This document shows positions 26,027-35,330 of a DNA stretch of 64,000 nt, one piece after another. The position numbers were made by a program, and so were the translations under genes. The notes under the pieces are model-generated. The model was given only the letters and a program-made list of their open reading frames with translations. It was not told the origin of the DNA and did no database searches. Source of the DNA: a virus. The DNA lies in IMG/VR virus record IMGVR_UViG_3300000956_000011, positions 1,212 to 65,211 of that record; one strand, given 5' to 3'. Each line of letters starts with the position of its first letter. Within the stretch, counting starts at the first letter, position 1.

Positions 26027-26391
26027 GCTGCTTTCTCCATTCGTGCAAACAACTTGCTAAGCAGTTGCATGACCTCTCGGTTGGCGCGCAACAGAGCGGG
26101 ACGAACTATCGCGTACTTGCCGCTGTTAGCCACCTCAAGCCAGATGCCGTAGGAAACGCTGTGACTCAACACGAGCGTCCAAGTGTCAACGACGCTGTCG
26201 TCTACGGTGGCGAACAATCCATTGCGCGCGTTGGTGGTGCGGTCTGTCCATCGGGCATTGGTACGCATCCAAGTTTCGGAGCGAGCTGCCTGATACAGCA
26301 TGGTTGCCCCGATGGCCTTGCGCGCCCTAGTGTCGAAATTCTTCAAATTGTGATCCAGGGCGTCGAGGCGTATCTCAAACTTGCTAGACAA
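26023..26391 (-). CDS. HK97 gp10-like neck/tail completion protein (122 aa)
   Basis: WTDRTTNARNGL...YGIWLE...GKYAIVRPAL motif. Confidence 0.75.
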   Translation of the reverse strand: MSSKFEIRLDALDHNLKNFDTRARKAIGATMLYQAARSETWMRTNARWTDRTTNARNGLFATVDDSVVDTWTLVLSHSVSYGIWLEVANSGKYAIVRPALLRANREVMQLLSKLFARMEKAA

Positions 26392-27664
26392 TGGAACCCC
26401 TCCGCCCGTAGCTCATAATGAGACCCTTGACCTCGTAGCCGTTGTAAGGGATGACCGCATCAACAATGTACTTTTGGCCGTTGGCGTCTACCCAGTAATC
26501 ATTAGGCGCAATGAGCGCGTCCCAGTTCCCCAGCAGGGTCAGGTCGTACTTGCGTTGCGAACCGCCCGAACCGATGCCTGCCCCGGAAGTAGAGGATTGT
26601 GGACGCTCCGTATGGCTCATCGGGATCAATCGGAAGCGCTGCACTGGCCTTTGTGAACCGTCGACCATGCTGACCGCGCCGGAAGCAGTTCGTTGCTCTG
26701 TCTGTGGTGTCAGCGCAATGGCGACGGGGCTGGCCTCAATGAAAGCCAGAGTGTTCCGTCGCTGCATACGCAATTCCATGCTCGTGGTGATCCCAGTTCC
26801 CGCAACGATCTTTGGCAGCGTCCCGTTCAGTACGGCATTCACTGCTTCTTGATCGCTCACCGTGAACTGCGCGATTGCTCGGGGCAAAGCCCCACCAAGG
26901 GTTGCGGTAGCCAGTGCGGTAGCAGTGGCATCCAGTACGGCACGCGGCATAGCGCCCAGTAGGTCGGCCACGGCCGAGACCGTGGCATCAGCCGCCATGG
27001 TGGCCTTAGGCAGGGTCCCGGCCAAGGTAGCCGTTTCTGTGCCGGGTAGATCAGGCCCCGCGACCCAGTCCACCGCAGTGCTGCCCGCGTTCAGATGGCG
27101 CGCGTTGCCGCTGATGTCCAGTAGGTCGCTGATCAGAGGCCAGTCAGCCCACGCGGCAAGGACAGCGGTCGGGCTGGCCCATTCTGCTTCCATCTGCGCT
27201 TGCGTGAGCTCGCTCGGGAGCACCCGCCAATACGCCAACGTGCCAACGAGATTTTCACTGGCGTCGGAATTATCTCTACCACCTAATGTGATGCCGCCCG
27301 GAGTGTTCGTGGATACCGTGCCAGAATCAACTTCAACCGTGCCTTCGGGAGTAGCCGCATACACCTTGCCGGTAGTGCCACTACAGGTGAATCCAACCCG
27401 ACGCCATTCCGTAGCAACGAAGTTCGTAGAACTGCTGACAGAACCGCCACCGGTGAAATAGTTCGGCCCGGTCAGACCATCGTTGCCAGTGGCGAAGGTG
27501 GCTACCGTCCCGAGGGCTGCGGTCCAGACACGGGCGAGAGTGGCTGAAGCGTTGGTGTCGGTGTCAACGCGCGCCCATCCGAGAATCGTGAGACCAGTCG
27601 CGGGGTCTGGGACAGAATCAGAACGACTGACCCTGTCCGATGCTTGCCCGAACTGCGCTGCCAC
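26384..27664 (-). CDS. LamG/ConA-like lectin domain plus repeat stalk fused to a head-closure (stopper) domain (426 aa)
   Basis: GTG 27664 after TAGGAGG. N-terminal EWRRVGFT...GKVY...ITLGG...LAYWRV is LamG-like; four LxGxLP repeats; C-terminal RRNTLAFIEASP...NDYW..NGQKYIVDAV is stopper-like. Confidence 0.7.
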   Translation of the reverse strand: MAAQFGQASDRVSRSDSVPDPATGLTILGWARVDTDTNASATLARVWTAALGTVATFATGNDGLTGPNYFTGGGSVSSSTNFVATEWRRVGFTCSGTTGKVYAATPEGTVEVDSGTVSTNTPGGITLGGRDNSDASENLVGTLAYWRVLPSELTQAQMEAEWASPTAVLAAWADWPLISDLLDISGNARHLNAGSTAVDWVAGPDLPGTETATLAGTLPKATMAADATVSAVADLLGAMPRAVLDATATALATATLGGALPRAIAQFTVSDQEAVNAVLNGTLPKIVAGTGITTSMELRMQRRNTLAFIEASPVAIALTPQTEQRTASGAVSMVDGSQRPVQRFRLIPMSHTERPQSSTSGAGIGSGGSQRKYDLTLLGNWDALIAPNDYWVDANGQKYIVDAVIPYNGYEVKGLIMSYGRRGSIV

Positions 27665-27672
27665 GACCCCTC

Positions 27673-28089
27673 CTATGCAGGCTGCGTGAACGTACCGGCC
27701 GTCAGATTGACGTCCAGGCCGACGCTGACTGTAGTGGTGGACATTTCGATGTCTTCGCCGCTGCCTTCTGCGCCACACGAACCGTCGGTGACCGTGTTGC
27801 CGTCGCTGTCGGCACCGCGCCACCACGTAGCCGTTCCGGCGGCCACGCCTTCCGCTGCCAGGGGCAAACCGGCCAGACTGGCTACACCTGCCGTCGGGGA
27901 CCCCAGCGCGGTAGTGGCCAATGTGAACGTGAGAAGGAGGGTGTTGCCTCCGCCTGGTGCGGTGTTCGCGTTTGCTGGCCGTGTACCGCTGTACACCTTG
28001 ATCGTGCCTCCAGCGGCTCCAGCGTCCAATCGCGCGCCCAGATTCGTTACCTGTGCGTTCTGGGTGGCTGTGGAATACCCGAGCGTCAT
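27673..28089 (-). CDS. virion structural protein (138 aa)
   Basis: G/A/T-rich beta protein (IKVYSGTRPA...GTATWWR) of a type common in head/neck regions. Confidence 0.7.
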   Translation of the reverse strand: MTLGYSTATQNAQVTNLGARLDAGAAGGTIKVYSGTRPANANTAPGGGNTLLLTFTLATTALGSPTAGVASLAGLPLAAEGVAAGTATWWRGADSDGNTVTDGSCGAEGSGEDIEMSTTTVSVGLDVNLTAGTFTQPA

Positions 28090-28099
28090 TTCATTTCTC

Positions 28100-30703
28100 C
28101 TAGGCTGCGCGAAGCGCGACGACGGGGCTGGTTACTTGGTAATTGCTGACCGTTGGGAAGGTAGAGGGCAACGCACCGGAAACCCCAGTACCTATCAGGC
28201 CTGTGTACGCGTTTGAGACCGCGCCACTGAGCGCTCCCCCACCGCACGGCTCTAGCTGCCCGTTACCGCCTTGCAGGCTTGGCGCTCCGCCCTGCGCCAC
28301 CGCCACGAGCCAGTACAACCCAGCCGAGAGCGCTTGGGATACGGTCAGTTCCTTGGCACCTGTGGTTGTAGAGTCAATCGTGCTACCAGGTGCAAGCAGC
28401 AACGCGCCGGGGCTGCCCTTCCCATTGTCGCGATAAATACCCAGCCGGACCGCTGTCGCAGCCACTGCGGTGAGCACGGTCACGCCCATGCGATCAATCG
28501 CACCATCCACCCCCATCCAGAAGGGATGGGCGAAGGCTGTTCCGTCCACCATGGCCAACGTAGCCCGACTCGCGAACGGAGCTGTGTAGTAACGCGTGGC
28601 CGTGAACAATTTCGCGGCTGCCGGGAATCCGACGCTCCAGGCTGCGCCCGTGGCTGCGGAGAAGGGGGAGATAAGGGTTCCGTCGGCGACCCGGATGTTG
28701 TTGTCCTTCTGTTCCCCATTGACCACCGAGGTCGCTAGTGAAGTGTCTAGTCCACCGCCGATGAAGTGCGTTACTCGGTCATCGACAATTTGGTTTCGGG
28801 AAACCTTGACGTCCTCATAGGATCCGACCAAGAGCATAGCGGACTTGAAGTTAGCCCCGAAGTTCGGAGAGTTACCTTCGCCGGGGTTGATGATCCAGTT
28901 ACGCGTGAAAGAAAAACGCTTGGACGGCCCCGAGTTCGGATTGATGTAAAAACCCGCTGCCGGAGGGCGCTCGATGATGTTGTCAGAAAAGTCTACGTTG
29001 ACGTCCGAACCAGAGACCAACTGGTAAACACTGGTGTTGTCCGGGTTTACCGACCACGCGCTCGTCACGGTGATGACGGAGTTCGTCCCGATAGTATTGG
29101 ATGCGATGGTGCGCTCCTGGCCCGATCCAGTGCCAGAAGTAATCTTGACAATTCCACCGACCATAGATCCGATGAGGTTGGTGGTCGTCGTGATGGTTGT
29201 ACTCGTCCCCGCCGAGGCCGTTCCCGTCGCACCGGTAACTCGATACCACTGAATACCGGCCGACACATTGTCCGAAGCTGTCGGAACAGTGGTGAAGGCT
29301 TTGTAACGAATGATGTTTCCCCGAATGAAAACATTGTGAACAGGCAACGACGAGCCCACGTCCAGCGAAATGCCGCATCGGTACGAAGGCACCGCAGCCC
29401 ATTGGTCAATGTCGATCTCGAGGGTGTTGCCTTGAATTACGAAGTCCTCCATGCCGTAGCCGGAGGTGTTGTTGGTGTAGACCCGCGACCAAATGACGAT
29501 GCCGGTACCAAGACCACGCCCGACATTACCGACAACTGAGCCACCGATGCTGGATGCCGAAACTCCGGTTACGTTGAGGAAGCAGAAGAAGTTCTCAATG
29601 CGGTTTCCGCGAACGGTTTGAATACCACCGTGCGTCTCAATTGCGGTCGTTGCGGAGATACCGCCACCAACGAAAGTGTTCCCGGTGATATCCACCTTGC
29701 TGCCGTGTGTGTACACCGCCGAGTGGTCATGCTTGGGAGAGTTGGCTCCGACATTATCGAAAACGCAATGGCGAACGGAAACGTGCTGAACGGCCGAGCC
29801 ATTCGCGTAGATGGTGTTGATGTTGTCGGTGTTCGTGAATCGGCAGTTTTCTACGACCAGTCGCTGGCCCACCTGCCAACGCAGAACGAACCGAGGCTGC
29901 CCCGTGAACTGGTTGATGTTCGAAACAACATTGTTCGTGGAGTTCTGGTCGAATGTCAGGTCGCGAATGGTCAAACCGCTCAGGTCCGTCGTACCAAGCG
30001 CTGTATTGTCGGAGACCATAGCCGTGTAATCCCCGACGCTGTTGGCCAGTTTGATCGTGGTGGACCCTCGCCCCGCTCCGCGCAGTGTGACACCGGTCTT
30101 CGTCAGGCGCAGGGCAAGCTTGTTGACGTTGTCCCCATTCGCAATACTGACGAGATAAGTCCCGGTTGGGAAGTAGACCGTTCCGCCTCCGGCCGGTACT
30201 GCGTCCAGCGCTGCCTGAATGGCGACCGTGTCATCAGTGCCGCCATTACCAACCGCGCCATAGTCTTTGACGTTGAGAAATAGATCACCTTCCGCGACCT
30301 TCGCGTCTAGCGTGGTCTGCAGGCTGGTGACGTTGGCGATCGTGTGCGTGTGCCCCGTGTCGGACTTACCCGACAGCGCAGTGGTCAATCCCGTGACGTC
30401 TGCCTGCGCGTGATTGTGTGGTGCGTCTGGATCCAGTGGATGCCCGGAGACCACAATGGTCAGCGGGTCCTGCCCGCCAGACACTTCCAGGATGTACGTT
30501 CCTGGATCGGCGTAAAAGGCCAGGTTTCCTCGGCTGTCGGTATTGATGGGATTCGGAACGGTCGTGGCTTTGGTCTGATCTGTGTACAAAGTGGCCAGAG
30601 TCCCGCCTGGCGACACCTTCACAGACACAGGGGTGTTCCGAGCTGGCGCATTGCTCGTAGACCAGAAGATGGCTTCCGGACCCCAGTACCCTGCGTACGT
30701 CAT
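28100..30703 (-). CDS. right-handed beta-helix (Pectate_lyase_3-like) spike / neck appendage (867 aa)
   Basis: NVKDYGAVGNGGTDDTVAIQAAL...GGTVYFPTGTY...LRGAG; N-terminal HNHAQADVTGL and HTHTIANVTSL fibre repeats. Confidence 0.85.
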   Translation of the reverse strand: MTYAGYWGPEAIFWSTSNAPARNTPVSVKVSPGGTLATLYTDQTKATTVPNPINTDSRGNLAFYADPGTYILEVSGGQDPLTIVVSGHPLDPDAPHNHAQADVTGLTTALSGKSDTGHTHTIANVTSLQTTLDAKVAEGDLFLNVKDYGAVGNGGTDDTVAIQAALDAVPAGGGTVYFPTGTYLVSIANGDNVNKLALRLTKTGVTLRGAGRGSTTIKLANSVGDYTAMVSDNTALGTTDLSGLTIRDLTFDQNSTNNVVSNINQFTGQPRFVLRWQVGQRLVVENCRFTNTDNINTIYANGSAVQHVSVRHCVFDNVGANSPKHDHSAVYTHGSKVDITGNTFVGGGISATTAIETHGGIQTVRGNRIENFFCFLNVTGVSASSIGGSVVGNVGRGLGTGIVIWSRVYTNNTSGYGMEDFVIQGNTLEIDIDQWAAVPSYRCGISLDVGSSLPVHNVFIRGNIIRYKAFTTVPTASDNVSAGIQWYRVTGATGTASAGTSTTITTTTNLIGSMVGGIVKITSGTGSGQERTIASNTIGTNSVITVTSAWSVNPDNTSVYQLVSGSDVNVDFSDNIIERPPAAGFYINPNSGPSKRFSFTRNWIINPGEGNSPNFGANFKSAMLLVGSYEDVKVSRNQIVDDRVTHFIGGGLDTSLATSVVNGEQKDNNIRVADGTLISPFSAATGAAWSVGFPAAAKLFTATRYYTAPFASRATLAMVDGTAFAHPFWMGVDGAIDRMGVTVLTAVAATAVRLGIYRDNGKGSPGALLLAPGSTIDSTTTGAKELTVSQALSAGLYWLVAVAQGGAPSLQGGNGQLEPCGGGALSGAVSNAYTGLIGTGVSGALPSTFPTVSNYQVTSPVVALRAA

Positions 30704-30704
30704 C

Positions 30705-31049
30705 TCAGGCTTCCCTCACTGGCCGAACAATGCGGGTGCTGCGGGGGTAGCTGGAGGTGGTTTCAATTCCAGCGCTGACTTCTTTGAAAAGCTTCGCCAT
30801 TGTGACAGCGTGATCGAAGGCTTGCTGCATGGCGCGCGAGCTACCCGACTCACTGGTCTGAACCAGTTCCCAGGTTGCCGCTGCCTTCTGTTCCCACAGT
30901 TCCCCAGCCAATCCGCGAAGATTGTACGAGCCGTCGGTGAGAAAAGCTTCGGCCGCCGCGAGCAGAATAAGATCCGTGTATCCGTTCGAATCATTTGGCT
31001 CAGAAATCATGCGCCGAACCTGCGCCAGTTGATCCGCCGTCAGTGCCAC
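30705..31049 (-). CDS. head-to-tail adaptor (114 aa)
   Basis: GTG 31049 after GAAAGGG; VRRMISE...A..LWEQKAA...SESGSSR pattern; position after the capsid genes. Confidence 0.7.
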   Translation of the reverse strand: MALTADQLAQVRRMISEPNDSNGYTDLILLAAAEAFLTDGSYNLRGLAGELWEQKAAATWELVQTSESGSSRAMQQAFDHAVTMAKLFKEVSAGIETTSSYPRSTRIVRPVREA

Positions 31050-31121
31050 GATGCTTCCCTTTCTAGGAACCGAGGAGAGGATCAGCCCCGCACGCCAAGC
31101 CAACCCTCCCCTCGGAAATTG

Positions 31122-31580
31122 CTACTCGTCAGCCGCTTCGTCGTCGTCCTGAAGCATCTTGACGAGATCGTCCTTACGGGCGTCGTTGGCATAACTGACG
31201 TCCGCGACCGCCACACTGTCACCGGCGGCCTCGTAGTCCGCGCGTCGCTTGTCCAGCTCTTCCTTGAGCTGCGGCACGGTGAGCTTGGTGTAGTCCACCG
31301 CCTTCGGCTCGTCCGGCGTCACCGCTTCCTGTTGCGGCTCCGAGGTTTCCTCGGTCACCCCGACGCCCAACTGGCTCGCGATCTTGTCGAAGGCGTCCGA
31401 GTTGCGCAACTGCTTGCGCGGAACCTGCGCGCGGATGCCCCGGGCCGACGGCAAGTTCGGCTCCGGGAGTTTGAGATTGCGCGCGTTTTCCCGTAGGGCG
31501 TCCCACATGTCGCGGTCCACGAGGTAACGCAGCTCGTCCTCGTCGAGCCTCTTCGTGAGGTCGATTTCTCGGCTCATCAC
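31122..31580 (-). CDS. head-associated protein with C-terminal HeH/SAP/Rho-N-like motif
   Basis: YTKLTVPQLKEELDKR...RKDDLVKML. Confidence 0.7.
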   Translation of the reverse strand: MMSREIDLTKRLDEDELRYLVDRDMWDALRENARNLKLPEPNLPSARGIRAQVPRKQLRNSDAFDKIASQLGVGVTEETSEPQQEAVTPDEPKAVDYTKLTVPQLKEELDKRRADYEAAGDSVAVADVSYANDARKDDLVKMLQDDDEAADE

Positions 31581-32863
31581 GGCTCCTCGTCGTACTCGGT
31601 GGGCTGCGTGTACGTGCCCGACGCGGTCAGCTGGAGCACCGCTCCCGCACCGCGCTTGCGAACACCCGTGCCGACGCCGCGCTGGTAATAGGCCTCGGTG
31701 AGCGGGTAGTCGCTGTCCCGACCCTTGACCAGCCGCAGACCGCGCAGTGCGGGATTCGCGTGCTGCCGGATGCCGACGGGGTTGTTGACGGACTCCTCAC
31801 CGCCCGTGGCGAAGGCCACGAGGTACTTCGGCGGGATGTAGTCTTCCTGGATGATGGTGAACTCGCCGTACCGGCCGATGACCTCCATGCCCGCCATGTT
31901 CGAGGGCGGTGCCTGCTGACCGGCTGGGAGAACGTAGTCACGCGGGATCAGGAATGCCGGAGTGCCCTGCGCGGGAATGAAGTCCCACTTGGCCGTTCCG
32001 CCGTTCTGCGTGGACTTGAACGTCCGGATGATGTCGCCCTGCTCCTTGTTGACCATCAGGATCAGGTTGTACCCGTTGGAACCCTTGTAACCGTGCTCGG
32101 TGAGCTTGAGCTCCAGCCCATCCAGGTCGCCGCTGTCCACCGTTGTCGCGCCGGACGTGTAGTAGTGCGTGTGCGTACCGGCGAACGTGTTCGTGCGGTA
32201 CGTCGGCGGGACCTGCCCGTCCGCGTTCCAGAACGCGTAGACGTTGTACGGCTTCTTGCGGATGACGGCCTCGCGGTTGGCCGGATTGAACAGCGTCCAC
32301 ATGACCAGCTGGAACATGAGGATGCTGTCGGCCTCGAGTGCCTGCGTTGCGATGGCGTCGATCTGGGCCGCCGGAGCGTCGGCGAGGAATTCCCACGTGA
32401 ATCGCGCACCGAGGTCGTACCAGTTGAAGTCGTAACCGAAGAACTCGATCTCTCCGGCCGGACGGTACGAACGCGGCACACCGTATTCCGACGCTCGCTC
32501 GAACCGCGCGTCGCTGTCCGCAGTGGCGATTCCCTCGACCGGGTCCGTGACGAACCAGCTGAGGAAGTTGATGAGCGGCTCCCGCTCCCGGTTCCGCAGC
32601 GCGACCGCCTGCTGATAGGCGGACCACAGTTCGTTGGTGTCCACCCCATCGATGGTCTGCTCGATGACGTCGGCGGCCTCGTTGAAGCCCTGGTCGCCAC
32701 CACCAAGAGCCAGCGCCAGCCCCAGCTTCTTGTAGAAGCTGCGCGCCAGCACATTCCGGGTGATGGTGCCGTCCGGAGAAATGGTCGGCGCAGTGGACCA
32801 GGTACCCCACGGCAGAACGATTCGCTGGTCGCGAACGATCAGAGGACTCTTCATGTTGGTCAC
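31577..32863 (-). CDS. major capsid protein (428 aa)
   Basis: Strongly biased C/G-ending codons; position after scaffold and decoration genes; FERASEYGVP, YDLGARFTW and C-terminal GVGTGVR resemble actinophage HK97-fold capsids. Confidence 0.85.
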   Translation of the reverse strand: MTNMKSPLIVRDQRIVLPWGTWSTAPTISPDGTITRNVLARSFYKKLGLALALGGGDQGFNEAADVIEQTIDGVDTNELWSAYQQAVALRNREREPLINFLSWFVTDPVEGIATADSDARFERASEYGVPRSYRPAGEIEFFGYDFNWYDLGARFTWEFLADAPAAQIDAIATQALEADSILMFQLVMWTLFNPANREAVIRKKPYNVYAFWNADGQVPPTYRTNTFAGTHTHYYTSGATTVDSGDLDGLELKLTEHGYKGSNGYNLILMVNKEQGDIIRTFKSTQNGGTAKWDFIPAQGTPAFLIPRDYVLPAGQQAPPSNMAGMEVIGRYGEFTIIQEDYIPPKYLVAFATGGEESVNNPVGIRQHANPALRGLRLVKGRDSDYPLTEAYYQRGVGTGVRKRGAGAVLQLTASGTYTQPTEYDEEP

Positions 32864-33261
32864 GCTCCCGCCGTGGTCGACTGAGCCATGCGCACGACCA
32901 GGCGGTCGATTTCGACCATGTGCCCGACGTACACGTTGTTCGTGGCGGTCAGTGTGAGCGTGCCTGCGTTGGTGGTACCGAGCGCATAGACGTTGCTGCC
33001 CGCTGCGAGCGTACCCGCCACGTCGTCGTCCACGACGTCCAGGATTTCACCCTGCGTCATGATGTCCACGGGGTGCCCCGCCTTGCGCGCCATGCCGAGA
33101 GCCACGACGCCCTTCAGGCCGATGCCTCCTGCCGGGTTGCCCTTGATGACGCGGCCGTTCGCGTTCAGCGTCACCGCGATGATCTTTCCCACATCGGCGT
33201 CGAGCCAATCGGCGTTGAGCCGGGCTCGGAACCCAATGTGCACCTGGTCGAAACGTGCCAC
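32860..33261 (-). CDS. capsid decoration protein (133 aa)
   Basis: Small beta-rich gene between scaffold and capsid; high codon bias. Confidence 0.72.
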   Translation of the reverse strand: MARFDQVHIGFRARLNADWLDADVGKIIAVTLNANGRVIKGNPAGGIGLKGVVALGMARKAGHPVDIMTQGEILDVVDDDVAGTLAAGSNVYALGTTNAGTLTLTATNNVYVGHMVEIDRLVVRMAQSTTAGA

Positions 33262-33274
33262 GGTTCAGTCCTTT

Positions 33275-34078
33275 CTACCTTCTCTTCGCCAGAGCTGGGA
33301 ACCTCTTGCGCAGTTCGTCCTCGCTGATCTGGCCGCTGTTCTTCTTGGCTTTGCCGGTCTTGGTGCTCCCGACGCCGGAACCACTGGCACCACGACGAAC
33401 TGGGGGCTTTTCGTCTTCATCCCCATCGTCTTCTCCGGACCCCGAATTCACGAGGTACTTGTGTTTCTTGGCCAGTGCCTTCACGGCTTCGCGAATACCC
33501 TCGACGTTACCGTCGTCGTCGATTTCCAGATCGTCTAGATCAGCGGAGCGCTGGGCCACACTCGGGTCATGCCACGAAACCTTCTCCTGCGCGCTGGCAG
33601 TGAGAAAGGCGTTAACCAGAGCCAACTTCCTGAACTTGCCCTGAAGACTTTCGTGAGCCTTCGTGAGCTCGCCGTGGTCCTTCTGCAGGTTCTGAATTTC
33701 GGTGTTGCCCTTGCGTTCCTGCTCGTCCTTGAACTTCTGAAGATCCGCCGCTTTCTTCTCCGCCTCTGCACGACGCCGATCGGCCGCCGCGAGACGCTTT
33801 GTTTGGGCGTCGAAATCCTCCCTGGAAACCGGACCGGACTTCTTCTTGGTTTTGCTGGTGTCGACGTCGCCCTCGCCAGCGTCGTCCTCCTCAGCGTCAC
33901 CATCTTCCTCGTCCGAATCTCCGTCGTCTTCGCTGCCGTCTTCTTCGCCGTCTGCGCCAAGGAGCGGCCACACCAAACTTCCATCCGCGCGCACGGCAAC
34001 GGCTCGGAGCGGCTGACTGGTCCCGGGGTAACAGAGAAGCGGGTGCAGCGGCATCGGGTCGACGAGATTCACCTTCAC
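33275..34078 (-). CDS. scaffolding protein (267 aa)
   Basis: GTG 34078 after CAGGAGG; acidic N-terminus, coiled coil, basic C-terminal ELRKRFPAL. Confidence 0.78.
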   Translation of the reverse strand: MKVNLVDPMPLHPLLCYPGTSQPLRAVAVRADGSLVWPLLGADGEEDGSEDDGDSDEEDGDAEEDDAGEGDVDTSKTKKKSGPVSREDFDAQTKRLAAADRRRAEAEKKAADLQKFKDEQERKGNTEIQNLQKDHGELTKAHESLQGKFRKLALVNAFLTASAQEKVSWHDPSVAQRSADLDDLEIDDDGNVEGIREAVKALAKKHKYLVNSGSGEDDGDEDEKPPVRRGASGSGVGSTKTGKAKKNSGQISEDELRKRFPALAKRR

Positions 34079-34179
34079 AATTCCTCCTGGTTTTCGGTGT
34101 GCACTGTCACCGTGGACACGTGCGCGCAGGCACGTGGGGCTCACTGTAGCTGGCGAACCACACCAGGGGAAAGAAGGCG

Positions 34180-35091
34180 CTAGGCAGTACGTCTGGCCTG
34201 CCCGTACTCGTCAATCAATCCGTCAAGATAGTCTGGATTCGAAACCACATCCAAGAAATCGTCTTCGCTCATCATTTCGTTCGTAGTGAAGCAAAGACAT
34301 TGCGGATGAGGCTTACTAGGAAGATCACCAGGTAGGTACAGTCCAGAGGTCTTTCCACGACTGTGTCCGCGCGCCAGCTCGTCGCAGCGGTCCGGCTTGG
34401 TGTGGCTGCGGGAGAGGTTCCAGCGGAGGGAAACAACGAACGGATTGATCTCAGCGCTGGCCTTCTGCGTGGTGTGGAACGCGTTGTTGAGCTCGGTACG
34501 GGCAAGCCGCTTGGCCGCATAACTGACCCCGCCTTTTGTGGAGGGATCAATCATGGGCTTCACTTCCTTGGCAATGTCCTGCCAACTACCACCCTGGAGA
34601 ATGACACGGTTAACGGCTCTGTCGACGTATCCATCCGCGAGCTGGCGAGTTCGGTACACCCGTTGCGAAAGTCCGATGCCATTCTGGCCTCGGGCGAGGT
34701 ATGTGGCAACAGTTCGTCGAGCGTAGGCTCGTTGGGCTGCGACCAGATCTGCGCTTTCGCTTGTTCCAGTTGCCCGAAATAGGATGCGCTGAAGAACGGC
34801 TTCAGCTTCGGCCGCTGCGTCAGCAACGGCATTTCCAGCTGAACGAATGCGCTTCCCGATATTGCGCCATAGCTCATTGGAGACACCGCGCAATTCCTTT
34901 CGGATAATGGCCAGTTGAGCCCGGCGCACTACCGCTCCGATGCCGTGTTTGGACTCCAGCCTGTTGATGCGCCGTTGGGCGTCCGCCATGGCATCGCGCA
35001 AGTCGTCAACAATACCCACTTCTGCAATACGCTCGCCGCGAAGGTACAGCGTGAGTGGGTTGGCTCCCGGACCCGTGAATGGCCTAGTCAT
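34180..35091 (-). CDS. MuF-like minor capsid/head morphogenesis protein (303 aa)
   Basis: AKRLARTELNNA...W..S..H...D.CD..A...P.KPHPQCLC is the MuF C-terminal motif. Confidence 0.8.
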   Translation of the reverse strand: MTRPFTGPGANPLTLYLRGERIAEVGIVDDLRDAMADAQRRINRLESKHGIGAVVRRAQLAIIRKELRGVSNELWRNIGKRIRSAGNAVADAAAEAEAVLQRILFRATGTSESADLVAAQRAYARRTVATYLARGQNGIGLSQRVYRTRQLADGYVDRAVNRVILQGGSWQDIAKEVKPMIDPSTKGGVSYAAKRLARTELNNAFHTTQKASAEINPFVVSLRWNLSRSHTKPDRCDELARGHSRGKTSGLYLPGDLPSKPHPQCLCFTTNEMMSEDDFLDVVSNPDYLDGLIDEYGQARRTA

Positions 35092-35330
35092 CAGTCGATG
35101 TTCTTTCGCATGGACCTAATGCTGTTCTGGTACTCGTCGACCATGTCGTGAGCCATGCCCAGCATTTCCATATCTCCCAGACCGTTGTCTCGCGTCGCCC
35201 AGTACTCCTCTCCATCTTTGTCCAGCAACTTCAGGTGAGCGACGTAGCCAACGACGACATGCCCCGGAGGAATGTGATGAACCTCGATGTTTATCGAGTT
35301 GCATTCCCTCATTTCGTCTGGGTCAATCAT
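35091..35330 (-). CDS. hypothetical protein (79 aa)
   Basis: Overlaps both neighbours. Confidence 0.65.
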   Translation of the reverse strand: MIDPDEMRECNSINIEVHHIPPGHVVVGYVAHLKLLDKDGEEYWATRDNGLGDMEMLGMAHDMVDEYQNSIRSMRKNID

